Below are positions 12,471 through 24,543 of a stretch of DNA of 64,000 bases, piece by piece. The translations under genes were made by a program, and so were the position numbers. Source of the stretch: Heterodontus francisci (lineage: Eukaryota). The stretch is taken from NCBI RefSeq assembly GCF_036365525.1, contig NW_027140807.1:1612001-1676000 (forward strand), in the 5' to 3' direction. The notes under the pieces were generated by a model. It ran no database searches. It was not told where the DNA came from and saw nothing but the letters and a program-made list of their open reading frames with translations. Within the stretch, counting starts at the first letter, position 1, and each line of letters starts with the position of its first letter.

Positions 12471-13772
12471 ACTTGTGCTCTTCTGAACTCGCTGTCAGGA
12501 GGCAGGTGTCCCAGAGATGAAGTTATCTGGAGAGGGATCTCGCCTTTGAACAGTGTGAAACAGCGCTCAGATGGTTAAGGGTATCGAGCTGAGTTAGTTC
12601 CTGTTCATTGATGGGTTGTTCGCCTCTGTGTAGTGAAGGTTAGAGGGAGATTAACAAGACTGGTACCAGGGATGAGGGAGTTCAATTACTTTGGAGAGAC
12701 TGGAGAAGCTGTGGGTTTCTCTCCTGAGAGCAGAGACGTTTAATGGTTGATGTGATACAGATATTGAAGATGATAAAAGATTTTGATAGATAATTGATGA
12801 CAAACCACATCATCTACTGGTCAATGTATAGAAAATCCTGGAAAAGATGGTCATTCATTATATTAGTGCAGCATGTTTAATTAGTTCATACAAAGTGTAA
12901 TCACCTGAAGATAGAGTTGGATAGATAGAGAGACAGAGAGATAGATCACCAGGTAGAGAGATAGATTTATAGAGAGAGAGGTAGAGAAATAGAGAGTTGG
13001 AGGGAAAGTCAGACAGGTAGAGAAATAGCGAGCTACATAGAGAGACAGTCACTGCCCCTGTAAAAGACAGGAATGTTAATTCGCATTCGACCATTTTACG
13101 CCGGCTTTGTAGCTAGTGGTAGAGTGGGGAATAGAGAGAGAGAGGGAGCGAGAGAGATGGAGAGAGAGGGATGGAGAGAGAGGGATGGAAAGAGAGGGAT
13201 GGAGAGAGAGGGATGGAGAGAGGGAGCGACAGAAAGTTATTGATAAGTCACGAACTCATTGAAGGGCGGAGTGTTTTCGAGGTGATGAAAGTTCTCCTTG
13301 TGTTCCCAGGTCACTGTTAAACTGTGTTCCAGACTCTGATGTTTATCATGGTCCAACAGCGCACTCTGCTGTCCCTTTGGAGAAAGAAAACGCAGTGAAA
13401 TAAAACCACACCGTATCTATCTATCTGTCTATCTGACTGTCTGTCTGTCTGTTTTTATCTGATCTTCATTTCAGATATTGAAATCTTTAATAATCTCTCT
13501 AAGACCGCTGAAAGTTTACTCTTGTCTTCTCCTTTCTGGAGAAATAATCCCCCGATGTTCAAACTTTCTTGATAACTTTAACCTCTGTGTTCTGATATCA
13601 TTCTTGTCAAGTCTGTTTCACAATTCCCCTGTGTTTCTATATTTAACCTCTCAATTTCTATTTAAATCCGCCCTGTCTTCTTGTGAAAAACATGTTCCCA
13701 ATGATAAAAACACCCAACAGGACGCAACACCGCCTGGTTTTATCTGAAACATGTATTTCCTGCTGCCTTTGG

Positions 13773-13811
13773 GGTTTTTGTTGAAATGCTCCATCGCTCT
13801 GAGTCACTGTG
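13773..13811 (-). other. 23-RSS of V5 (CACAGTG-23-ACAAAAACC, consensus)
   Basis: Heptamer 13805-13811, nonamer 13773-13781. Confidence 0.95.
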
Positions 13812-14266
13812 AAGACTCCAGGCACAGAAATACACGGCCGAGTGATTCTCCCACAGGCTGGAGGTCTCCAGGTTGAACTCGTACTCATTCAGTCTCTCAG
13901 CGGTGAAACCATCCACCGTCCCCTCTGGATCCACATAGTTAGCAATACTGGAGTAAAACATCAACAGCGGCTCCTTCCCCGGCTCTTGCCTGCACCAAAA
14001 CATGTAGAGGGTACTGCTGCTCCCCTCCACAGTGCACCTCAGTTCCACTCCTTTCCCGGGAAATCTGGAGACAGCGGCGGGAGTCTGGTGGATAGTCTGT
14101 GAGTTCACATCTGGGAGAGAGATGGAGAGAGGAGGAGATCAGTAAACAGGGAGCATCTGGGAATGAAAGGGAGACAGGGAGAGGAGAGGAAAGTTATTAA
14201 CGATAATCTTTGTATTTCACACTCACTTACAATGAAACAGGATTATCAGACACAGTAACGATACAT
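13812..14266 (-). pseudogene. TRBV: V5: TCR beta V (family A); V exon open but leader frameshifted
   Basis: Leader 14266-14231 is 36 nt (1-nt deletion versus the 37-nt V7 leader), giving ATG TAT CGT TAC TGT GTC TGA. V exon 14110-13812 has WCRQ for WYRQ. RSS perfect. Confidence 0.8.
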
Positions 14267-14758
14267 CTTTCACTTCAACTTGTTCTCTTAATAGACACAG
14301 GAGTGACAGCAGGAGCTTAGAGTCTTGTGAAGGTCCAAATCCACTCTTTACAAATCATTGGGAGGAACATGAAGAGCATTAGGAAGTGATACAATGATGG
14401 AGGCGCCCATTCCCCCAATTCAACAAATGAGAATTGAATTGGCTGCCAATCTGCTTATTTTTTAAGCAATTAGGCACTAATAGTGGCAGAAATCCTGCAA
14501 AGCTTTTTAGGTCCCAACTGTTGCACAGCTGTGTTTTTTACAGTGAATGATTAATATGATGGTTGTAGGGTTACTAATTCAGCAAATTACTGAGGAGATT
14601 AAATGAAAAGTAAAAACTTCAGCAGAATTACAATCTCGACAGATTGCTGACAGAATGTTGATGGTGTACGGAATGCAAAAATTAGAACTTTGGCTATCAC
14701 CTCATGCTTTTGACTAGTTTGGGCCCAGATTCTAGTTCAGACTAGTTACCCTTTCTCA

Positions 14759-14818
<60 letters not shown>

Positions 14819-15714
14819 ATCTCAGTTTACCTTCCGCTCTCTTGCACTCTCTCTCTGTCTCTCTCTCTCTCTCACCTCATGTGTCTCGGGTTATGTCTCC
14901 CACTCTCTTCCTTTCTCAGACTCTCTCTCCCTCCCTATCTCAGTCTGTCTTCACTCACTTTCTCTCTCTGACTCTCCCTCTCTCCTCGTGTATCTAAGGT
15001 TATGTCTCCCATTCTCTCCTTCTCTCTGACTCTCCCTCTCTCATACTCTTGTTATCCCTTTAGTTATTTCCCTGTCTCTGTCTCTCTCTAGATCTATCTC
15101 CCTATCCATCGCAGGCTCTTTATCTCAGTCTCTCTTTCTCTCCATCTCTCTCTCAGTGTCTCTCTCTCTCTCATTATGTGTCTCTTGCTGTCTCACTGTC
15201 TTTGCCTCTATCTCTGTCTCCCTCTCTGTCTCAGTCACTTTAACTCTGTCTGTCGTTTTTCCTCTCTCTCACTGGACCTCGCTCTCTCTTTCACACACAT
15301 ACACTCTCTTTCTCTCTCTAAAGTAGTGGGTGTCCTTGTCCTGTTGATGTATATTAAGCTGGATCGACATGATCTCCTGCTCTCTTAGTTTTCTCACTAA
15401 ATCCTTCTCAAAGCCATTGTCTGGTCCATGGTCCTGGATCCCCCTCTGCTGTCCCTGTGGAGAAGGTAAATACAGGGTCAGTGCATAAATACCCAGATTA
15501 TTGTCATTGATTCCTGATAGTTACATTCTGAGATCTCGTTACATCCTTATTAATCGTTCATTGCACCCTCGGCAGTACCTGTAAATCTAGTGTGTCACTA
15601 CAATCATAACTCAACTCTTTTTATTGTAACAAACACTTTCACTCTGCATAAGGAAACAACAGGTAGAGGCACCAAACGGTTTTACCATCCACAGGTGTTT
15701 CCTGCTGCCTTTAG

Positions 15715-15753
15715 GGTTTTTGTTGAACTGCTCCATCTCTCTGAGTCACTGTG
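15715..15753 (-). other. 23-RSS of V6 (CACAGTG-23-ACAAAAACC, consensus)
   Basis: Heptamer 15747-15753, nonamer 15715-15723. Confidence 0.95.
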
Positions 15754-16238
15754 ATCTCTCCAGGCACAGAAATACACGGCCGAGTGATTCTCCCGCAGGC
15801 TGGAGGACTGCAGGTTGAACTCGGAGTCAGTCGGTCTCTCGGCGGTGAAACCCTCCACCGTCTCCTCTGAGTTCACCCTTTGTGCAGTTAGGGAGTAAAA
15901 CATCAGCTGTGGCTCCTTCCCCGGGTATTGTCTGTACCAGTACATGTAAGGGTTACTGGTGCCATCCACGGTGCATTTCAGCTTCACCTGCTCCTCAGAA
16001 AATTTGGAGACAGAGGCGGGAGTCTGGTGGATAGTCTGTGAGTTCACATCTGGGAAAGAGACAGGGAGAGGAGGAGATCAATAAACAGGGAAATTCAGTC
16101 CAGTGGGTAGAGAGAAAGAGAGAGTAGGAGAGAACGAAATAAATAAAACCATATCCTAAAGAAATGTTAAGTAGAATTATTGTTTCAATAAAATGCCTTA
16201 CGGTGAAACAGGTTGATCAGAGTCAGTAACGGATACAT
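15754..16238 (-). CDS. TRBV: V6: apparently functional TCR beta V segment (TRBV30-like family A)
   Basis: Leader 16238-16202 (MYPLLTLINLFH, GTAAGG donor). V exon 16049-15754: SQTIHQTP...CTVDGTSNPYMYWYRQ...FYS...RP...YFCAWRD. Confidence 0.92.
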
Positions 16239-16352
16239 CATTTACTTTAAGCTGCCCTCTGAATCAGCAAAGGGGAGAGAGCAGGAGCGATGAGTGTTGT
16301 CAATAACCAACCCACTCTTTACAAATCATTGGGAGGAACAGGCAGAGCATTA

Positions 16353-16364
16353 GGAAGTGATGCA
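16353..16364. promoter_or_regulatory. Conserved family-A V promoter element GGAAGTGATGCA (ETS core overlapping a TCR-beta decamer-like sequence)
   Basis: Same position (~115-125 bp upstream of ATG) in V1, V2, V5, V6 and V7. Confidence 0.5.
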
Positions 16365-16859
16365 GAGATAGTGACGCCCAGGTAAACAAGTCAGAGTGGA
16401 GTAGGTTGACAATGTCTCTCTCTCTCTCTCTATTTGCATATATCCAGCTTTATGTCTACAACTCTTTCACTCTCTTTCTCTCTCTGTATCTGTGTGTGTT
16501 TGTGTGTGTGTGCATCTTTCTGTCTCTGTCTCCCTCTGTCCCGTTCATTTCCACTGAGCTTTTCCTCACGACGTCTCCCTGATTCACCCTCTCTGTCTCT
16601 ATGTTTCATCACCGGATTGATTGAGAACCAGAGGTCATTTATTGAAGGTAATTGGCAGAAGATCCAAAGGTGAACTGAGGAAACGTTTTGACACAGTGAA
16701 TGGTTAGGATCTGGAATGCACTACCTGAGAGTGCGGGGGAGGCAGATTCAATCGTGGCTTTCAAAAGGAATTTTGAATAATTATGTGTAAGGAAAATGTG
16801 CAGTGTTATGTAGAAAGGGCAGGGGGAGTGGGACCAGCTGCAGAGACCAAATACAGCAA

Positions 16860-17410
16860 CAGGCTAACAGCATTGTGGAACATCCTGCATTCAGGCTGCA
16901 AGTGTGACCCTGAGATTCCGGTTAGCGGATACTTTTAATTCTCATTCCCACTCCCCCCCTGACCTCTCTGTCCTCGACCTCCTTCTCTGCTCCAGTGAAG
17001 CTCAACAGAAACTCGAAGAAAAGCAGCTCATCTTTCAATTGGATTCTTTACAGCTTTCTGGGCTCAACAGTGAGTTAAACAATTTCTGATCGTAACCACT
17101 GCTCCGGTTTATATGGGCAGAGGTTTGTTGGTAATGATTGTGTTTCTGCCATTTCCATCTCCACTAGACCCATCTCTTGTTCTTTACTTGACCCATTAAC
17201 ATCCCCTTTGTCTTGCACCAGCCTTAGTTTTGTTATTAAATCTCTCCTGCATTCCTCCGATTCTCCCTCTCCCTGGCTTTGTGCTGCTTAAAAGTTGATA
17301 GACCTCTAAATCCTTCCAGTTCTGCTGAATGATCTAGGACCTGATATGTTAATTTTCCCCCTCCACAGAGGCTGTCTGACCTGATTAGTATTTCCATCCT
17401 TATTTATTTA
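16860..17410 (+). mobile_element. Penelope-like retroelement 3' fragment (GIY-YIG C-terminus and degenerate hammerhead tail)
   Basis: ORF 16904-17089 ends KLEEKQLIFQLDSLQLSGLNSELNNF, resembling PLE endonuclease C-termini as I recall them; degenerate CAGTTCTGCTGA...GTTAA at ~17318-17352. Confidence 0.7.
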
Positions 17411-18505
17411 TAACCCAGAAACGCAATGAGCACCAATATAGTGACAGAGCCCCAAGAACCTAAACCATCCAGCATCTGCGGTATCTTGTGTTCAGTTCAC
17501 CAGACTGTAACCGGGATGTAGTTCTTTAATTATCAGGAGAGGTTCATAGACACGTTTCAAAGTCCCTATTGAAACATCATCAATAATCTGATCCTTATCA
17601 CGGTCCAACACCGCCCTCTGCTGTCACTGTGGAGAAAGACAACACTGTCAGTGAATAAAGCACAACAGTGTCTGTATATCTATTTACCTATCTGTCTCTG
17701 TTCCNNNNNNNNNNNNNNNNNNNNNNNNNNNNNNNNNNNNNNNNNNNNNNNNNNNNNNNNNNNNNNNNNNNNNNNNNNNNNNNNNNNNNNNNNNNNNNNN
17801 NNNNNNNNNNNNNNNNNNNNNNNNNNNNNNNNNNNNNNNNNNNNNNNNNNNNNNNNNNNNNNNNNNNNNNNNTACCTATCGACCTAACTACCTATCTACC
17901 TATCTNNNNNNNNNNNNNNNNNNNNNNNNNNNNNNNNNNNNNNNNNNNNNNNNNNNNNNNNNNNNNNNNNNNNNNNNNNNNNNNNNNNNNNNNNNNNNNN
18001 NNNNNNNNNNNNNNNNNNNNNNNNNNNNNNNNNNNNNNNNNATNNNNNNNNNNNNNNNNNNNNNNNNNNNNNNNNNNNNNNNNNNNNNNNNNNNNNNNNN
18101 NNNNNNNNNNNNNNNNNNNNNNNNNNNNNNNNNNNNNNNNNNNNNNNNNNNNNNNNNNNNNNNNNNNNNNNNNNNNNNNNNNNNNNNNNNNNNNNNNNNN
18201 NNNNNNNNCATGAAACCCTTTCATAATCTCTCTATGAACTCTAAAGTTTCATCCTGAAGTCTTCTCGTTTCTGGTGAAACGATCCCCCAGCCTGTTCAGA
18301 CTTCCTTGATCGTTATGACTTCTCAGTACCGGTATCATTCCTCTAAATTGTATCTCACAATTTTCCACTGTCTCTGAATCTAATTTCTTTCTATTTCAAT
18401 CCGCTCTGTCTTCTTGTGAAAAACATGTTCCCATTGATAAAAACACCCAACAGGGTGCAGCACCGCCTGGTTTTATCTGAAACAGGTGTTTCCTGTTGCC
18501 TTTGG

Positions 18506-18544
18506 GGTTTTTATTGAACTGCTCCATCTCTCTGAGTCACTGTT
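18506..18544 (-). other. 23-RSS of V7, non-canonical (AACAGTG-23-ATAAAAACC)
   Basis: Heptamer 18538-18544, nonamer 18506-18514. Confidence 0.85.
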
Positions 18545-18997
18545 AGGACTCCAGGCACAGAAATACACCGCAGAGTGATTCTCCTGCAGGCTGGAGGACT
18601 CCAGGTTGAACTGGTAGTCAGTCGGTCTCTCGGCTGTGAAACCGTCCACCATCCCCTCTGGATCCACATAGTTAGCAGTATTGGAATAAAACATCAACAG
18701 TGGCTCCTTCCCCGGGTATTGTCTGTACCAGTACATTCTAGCAGTACTGGTGCCCTCCACAGTGCACCTCAGTTCCACTGCCTCTCCACGCAATCTGGAG
18801 ACAGCGGCTGGAATCTGGTGGATCGTCTGTGAGTTCACATCTGGGAGAGAGATGGAGAGAGGAGGAGATCAGTAAACAGGAAACTTCTGGGAATGAAAGG
18901 GAGACAGGGAGAGGAGAGGAAGGTTATTAACGATAAGCTTTGCATTTCACACTCACTTACAATGAAACAAGATTATCAGACACAGTAACTGATACAT
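18545..18997 (-). CDS. TRBV: V7: TCR beta V segment (family A), open reading frame but defective RSS heptamer
   Basis: Leader 18997-18961 (MYQLLCLIILFH). V exon 18840-18545 open, ending YFCAWSP. Confidence 0.87.
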
Positions 18998-20087
18998 CTT
19001 TCACTATAACCTGTTCTCTTAATAGACACAGGAGTGAGAGCAGGAGCTTAGAGTCTTGTGAGGGTCCAAATCCACTCTTTACAAATCATTCGGAGGAACA
19101 TGAAGAGCATTAGGAAGTGATACAATGTTGGTGACGCCCATTCCCCCAGGTCAACAAATCAGAATTGAATTGGTTGCCAATCTCCTTCTCTCTCTCTGTC
19201 TCTCTCTCTCTCTCTATCTCAGTTTACCTTCCGCTCTCTTGCGCTCTCTCTCTGTCTCTCCTCATGTGTCTCGGGTTATGTCTCCTACTCTCTTCCTTTC
19301 TCAGACTCTCTCTCCCTCTCTATCTCAGTCTATCTTCACTCACTTTCTCTCTCTGACTCTCCCTCTCCACTCATGTATCTCGGGTCATGTCTCCCACTCT
19401 CTCATTCTCTCTGACTCTCCTTCTCTCTTACTCTTACTATCTCTTTAGTTCTTTCTCTGTCTCTCTCGAGATCTATTTCCCTATCTGCCGCAGGCTCTTT
19501 ATCTCAGTCTCTCTTTCTCTCTGTCTCTCTCTCTCTGTCCCTCTCTCCCTCTGTCTCTCATTATGTGTCTCTTGCTGTCTCGCTGTCTTTGCCTCCAGCT
19601 CTGTCTCCCTCTTTGTCTCAGTCTCTTCAACACTGTCTGCCGTTTTTCCTCTCTCTCACTAGATCTCTCTCTCACACACGCACTCTTTCTCTCTCTAATG
19701 AAGTGGGTGTCCTTGTCCTGTTGATGTATGTCAAGCTGGATCTACATGGATCTCCTGCTCTTTCAATTTTCTCACTAAATTCTTCTCAAAGCTATTGTCC
19801 GTTCCATGGTCCTGGATCCCCCTCTGCTGTCCCTGTGGAGAAGGTAAAAACAGGGTCATAAAAACCCAGATTATTGTCATTGATTCCTGATAGTTACATT
19901 CTGAGATCTCGTGACATCCTTATTAATCGTTCATTGCACCCTCGGCAGTACCTGTAAATCTAGTGTGTCACTACAATCATAACTCAACTCTTTTTATTGC
20001 AATAAACACTGTCACTCTGCATGAGGGAACAGTAGGTCGAGGCACTGAGCAATTTTATCTGAAACAGGTGTTTCCTGCTGCCTTTGG

Positions 20088-20209
20088 GGTTGTTGTTGAA
20101 CTGCTCCATCTCTCTGAGTCACTGTCATCTCTCCAGGCACAGAAATACACGGCTGAGTGATTCTCCCGCAGGCTGGAGGTCTCCAGTTTGAAGTCGTATT
20201 TATTTAGTC
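20088..20209 (-). pseudogene. TRBV: V8: 3' remnant of a family-A V plus degenerate RSS (GACAGTG-23-ACAACAACC)
   Basis: RLNKYDFKLETSSLRENHSAVYFCAWRD at 20209-20127; the 5' part is replaced by LINE sequence. Confidence 0.87.
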
Positions 20210-21175
20210 TTTGGGAGTAGATAGAGAAAAACTATTTCCGCTGGTTTGGGAATCTAGGACTAAGAGGCAAAGACTAAAAATTAGAGCCAGACCTTTCAGG
20301 AGTGAAATTAGGAAACACTTTTACACACAATGGGTGGAGAGGTTTGAACTCTCTTCTGCTAACGGAAATTGATGCTGAATCAATTGTTAATTTGAAATCG
20401 GAGATGGATAGGTTTTTGTGATCCAAAATAAATATTAAGGGATATGGGGCAAAGGCGGGAATATGGAGTTAGATCATAGATCAGCCATGGTCTCATTGAA
20501 TGGTGGTACAGAATTGAGGGCCTGAATGGCCCCTTCCTGTTCCTGCCTTTGTCTTAGCAGTTTCTGCTGGCATTGAATTCTGTATTTTGGGTAAAGAATT
20601 CTCCTCAACTCCTTATCGGATTTCAGTTTTTCTCAGCGTTTATTCTCTGTTTTATTCCTATCCTCTTCGTCCCCTAGTCTTTGTACAATCAGCTAATGGG
20701 AACAGTTTTTCTTTGTCTACTTTATCTAAACCTCTCTTCATTTTGTACACTTCTGTCAAATCTCCCCTCAATTTCCTTTGCTCCAAGGAGAACAACCCCA
20801 GCTTCACCAAACTAACCATGCAGTTAAACTCTCTCATCCCTGGAACCATTCCAGTAAATCTCCTCTGTACCCTCTCAAGGACCCTACATCCTTCCTAAAG
20901 TGTGGTGACCAGAACCGAGCTCAGTACTCAAGTTGGGGCCTAACCAGAACCTCATATATGTTGAGCATAACCACCCTGCTTTTGTACTTTATACCTCTGT
21001 TCATGAATCCCAAGATCCCATAAGCTTCGTGAACCTCTCTCTCCATATGTCCTGCCACCTTCAAAGATCTATGCACATTAACCCCCAGGTCCCTCTGCCC
21101 TTGAACACTCTTCAGGCCTGTGTCATTAAGTCTGTATTTCCTCTCTGTCTCCCTTCTTCCAAAATGCATCACCTG
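20210..21175. mobile_element. Two CR1-like LINE 3' fragments in opposite orientations
   Basis: Motifs LVRPQLEY and LGLFSLEQRKLRGDL.EVYK; typical CR1 3' UTR. Confidence 0.8.
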
Positions 21176-22089
21176 ATAGCAATGTAGTTCACTGTTAACT
21201 GCCTCTGAAATGGGAGAGCAAGTCATTCAGTTAAGGGCAATTCGGCATAGGTAATGAATGCTGACCTTGTCAGTGATGTGCACATCCCTGAATGTGTTTC
21301 TTTATATGAAATTCCTCCTTCTCCATTTTTCTTTCACTGTTTACTGACTTTGCTTCCCCTCTTTACTTCCTTCAGATCATCTGTTTTAGTATATCACAAG
21401 TGTTTGCTCAAACCAGTCACTATGAACGTGCAGACTTGGGGAAATCCAGTTGTCTATTTTGTGTGGAATGGTTATGATTCTAATCTGTTTCAGTGTTAGT
21501 GGAATTGACTATTTGGTAGATTGGTCAAGTCACTGCTGCTTTGCTCGCTCAGTCTTTACAGAAGCGAGTGGGACTCAGGCTGCGGTGGAGCTCCATCCCC
21601 ATCTCGTGGCTGCAATGTGTAACTACAGGCACCTGAGATTTGCACAGTGCAATTGATAAAATAGGCATTATGAAGACATGCTTTGAAATTGCTCCGTCTT
21701 CCCATTTTTTATCCATTGCTTCAGTTGGTGACGCTGGTGACATCGAATTAGATAGAATTTGCAGCACAGATTCAGGCTATTCGGCCCGATGGGTCCATGT
21801 TCCAGACTAGGCTGGGGCAGATGGCAGTGTAGTTGGCATATCACTGTGTCAGTAAACCAGAGGCTGGGGAGAATCTCCAGGTGAAATGCGTTCGAAACCC
21901 ACCAGGTCAGATGGTGGAATTTAAATTCAATTAATGAATGAATACAATTATTTCATTGGAAAATCTGCAATTGAATGCTGGTCTCAGTTAAGGCGCCCTG
22001 ACACCCAGCTGGCTCACTCATGTCTTTTAGGGAAGGGAATCCGCCGCACTTACCTGGTCTGGCTTGCATGTGACTCCAGACCCACAGAA

Positions 22090-23280
22090 CACAAGAAATA
22101 GGAGCAGGTGCAGACCATATATCCCATCGAGCTTGCTACATCATTCAATACAATCATGGCGGATCTTGGGTTTCAATTTCACTTTCCTGCCTGCTCCCCA
22201 TATCCCTTCATTTCCTGAGGGATCAAAAATCCCAGCCTTAAATGTATTCAGTGAAGGAGCATCCACAACACTCTGGGGTAGAGAAATCCAAAGTTTCACA
22301 ACCCTTTGAGTGAAGTCATTTCTCCTCATCTCAGTCCGGAATGACTGATCCCTTATCCTGAGATTTCTCACTGCCTCTTTTCTTGAAAAGCCGTGGAACA
22401 TTTGTTAGCTTTCAATCCGATGGGACCATTCCTGAATCTAAGGAATTCTGGAAAATCATAACCAGCGCCCCCACTCTCTCTGCAGCTATCTCTTTTAGAA
22501 CTCTGGTATATAATCCATCTGTTCCAGGGGACCTGTCAGATTTTAATCCCTCAGGTTTCTCCAACGGTTTTTCTCAATTGATATGAATATCCTTAATTTC
22601 CTCACTCTTTTTAAGCCCCAGATAACTGCCTATTTCTGGGATGGAACTTGTGTCTTCAACTGTGAAGACAGGCACAAAATATTAGTTCAATTCCCCTGCT
22701 ATTTCCCCATTCCCCATGATGATTTCACCTGCCTTTACCTCTAAGGAACCAACGTCAGCTTCAGCTACTCTCTTGCTTTTAATCTAAAAGCTCCGACCAT
22801 CTGTTTTTATATTGCTGGTTAGCTTATTCTCACATTTCATTCCCACATCCGATGAAAGAACATAAACAATGTCTTCAACCAGCCCTATCAGTATGACGTG
22901 CTATTTCCTGCTCCCTAATGTTTTTATCCAGCATCCATTTACATATATCTGGTTATACACATCATTTTTTCTGTGTGCTAGCGAATTCCACATTCTTACC
23001 ACTCTGTGTAAATTCATTTCTTGGAGTTATTAGTGAGTATGATGTATTCATGACCTTCCCTACAAGTGCAGGCATCTTCTCTACCTCTACCCTATTATAT
23101 TGCTTCATAATCTTGAGCACCTCTATCAGGTCACCCCTCAGCCTTCTCTTGCCTGGGGAAAAGAATCCCAGACTTTTCAATCTTTCCTGATAGTTATAAC
23201 CTTTTGTGCTCTGGTATCATTCTTGTAAATCGTTTTTGCACTTCTGCTCGTACCTGTCTGTGTAATATGGAGACCAGCAC
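22090..23280 (-). mobile_element. Cluster of CR1-like LINE fragments
   Basis: FTQRVV.LW.SLP and RRLRGDLIEV.KIM motifs in ORFs 22141-22401 and 22962-23180. Confidence 0.75.
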
Positions 23281-23770
23281 TCTGCACAGCACTAAAATAA
23301 AAGCAAAATACTGCGGATGCAGGAAATCTGAAATAAAAACAAGAAATGCTGGCACCACTCAGCAGGTAGGGCACTCTACACAGCACTGCGGATTTGGTCC
23401 AACTAAGATTGATGGAGACCAGAACTGTACACAGGGCTCCAGAAGCGCTCTAAGTAAGGTATTTGGAAGTCAGAACTGTCCCCAGCACTTCAGGTGTCGT
23501 CTACACAAGGCATATAGAGCTGAGAATTGTGCAAAGTGCACCAGGTGTGGTCGAACCGAGGTACGTGTTGAAGAGCCGTTCTATGAACCATTATTCAGGT
23601 GTGGGCACAGACAGTGTGTGATGCCTGTCTGGAGGCTGTGGAGAGTTAGAACATGGGAGTTCTGCGACTTGAACGGGCACTGAACAGATGCAGTTTCGCA
23701 TCCGATCACCCAGGGCTGCTCTTCACCGAATGCTGGGTTAAATGCCCCCGTTAGAAGGGAGACGTGTGAG

Positions 23771-23809
23771 GGTTTTTGTCAAGGCGGCCAATGACTCTGA
23801 ACCGCTGTG
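23771..23809 (-). other. 23-RSS of V9 (CACAGCG-23-ACAAAAACC)
   Basis: Heptamer 23803-23809, nonamer 23771-23779. Confidence 0.93.
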
Positions 23810-24543
23810 TCCCATCACCAGCTGCACAGAAATACACCGCCTCGTCCGTGGCGTTCACACTCTCGATCGTCAGAGTGGATTTCTTATTGTCCAGAGTCCT
23901 GGTAATAACAAACCCGCTCTTAAAACCCTCTTCATACTGAGGTTCACCTGCTGTATAGGTAAACCCGATTAACAGGAATCCTCTGCCGGGGGACTGACGA
24001 TACCAGTACATGTAGCTGCGAACTGTTCCTTTCTGCAGACAGTTCATTTCCACTGGTCCTGGTTGTTTAACAGCCAGTGACTGAGGCCATTGATGTATCA
24101 CATCACCCCGGCAAACACCTAGAAAGAGAAATTAGAGGGAATGAACTAGTATCGATGGAGTTACAATTGAGACGATGGGTGTCGGTGTTGCACCGAATTA
24201 ACGACGGAAATTCGGTCTGTGTCCTAATTTCCTACAAGCACCTGGATCTTTACAAATGTAAAATAGAATTGTGGAATCCACAAGTTTGCAAGTGGGTGCA
24301 AACATTAAAGAGTTAACATCATATTAATAACACTTGTCTTCCCAAACTAGGGGACAGATGAATGAGTTCACTGTCTTCTATTAAACAATCGATTACTGAT
24401 TTCACAAGTCACCGCCACTCAGTTTTATTGAGATCATTAATCATCCTTTTCAGTTAAACAAATGTAGAAGAGTGATTGGGACAGAATTTTAACCTACTCA
24501 GCGCCAGAAGGGAAATAGCAAAGACGATGAAACTGAAAGGCAT
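23810..24543 (-). CDS. TRBV: V9: apparently functional TCR beta V segment (family C)
   Basis: Leader 24543-24498 (MPFSFIVFAISLLAL, GTAGGT donor). V exon 24118-23810: DVIHQWP...MNC...WYRQSPG...YEEGFKSGF...YFCAAGDG. Confidence 0.9.
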
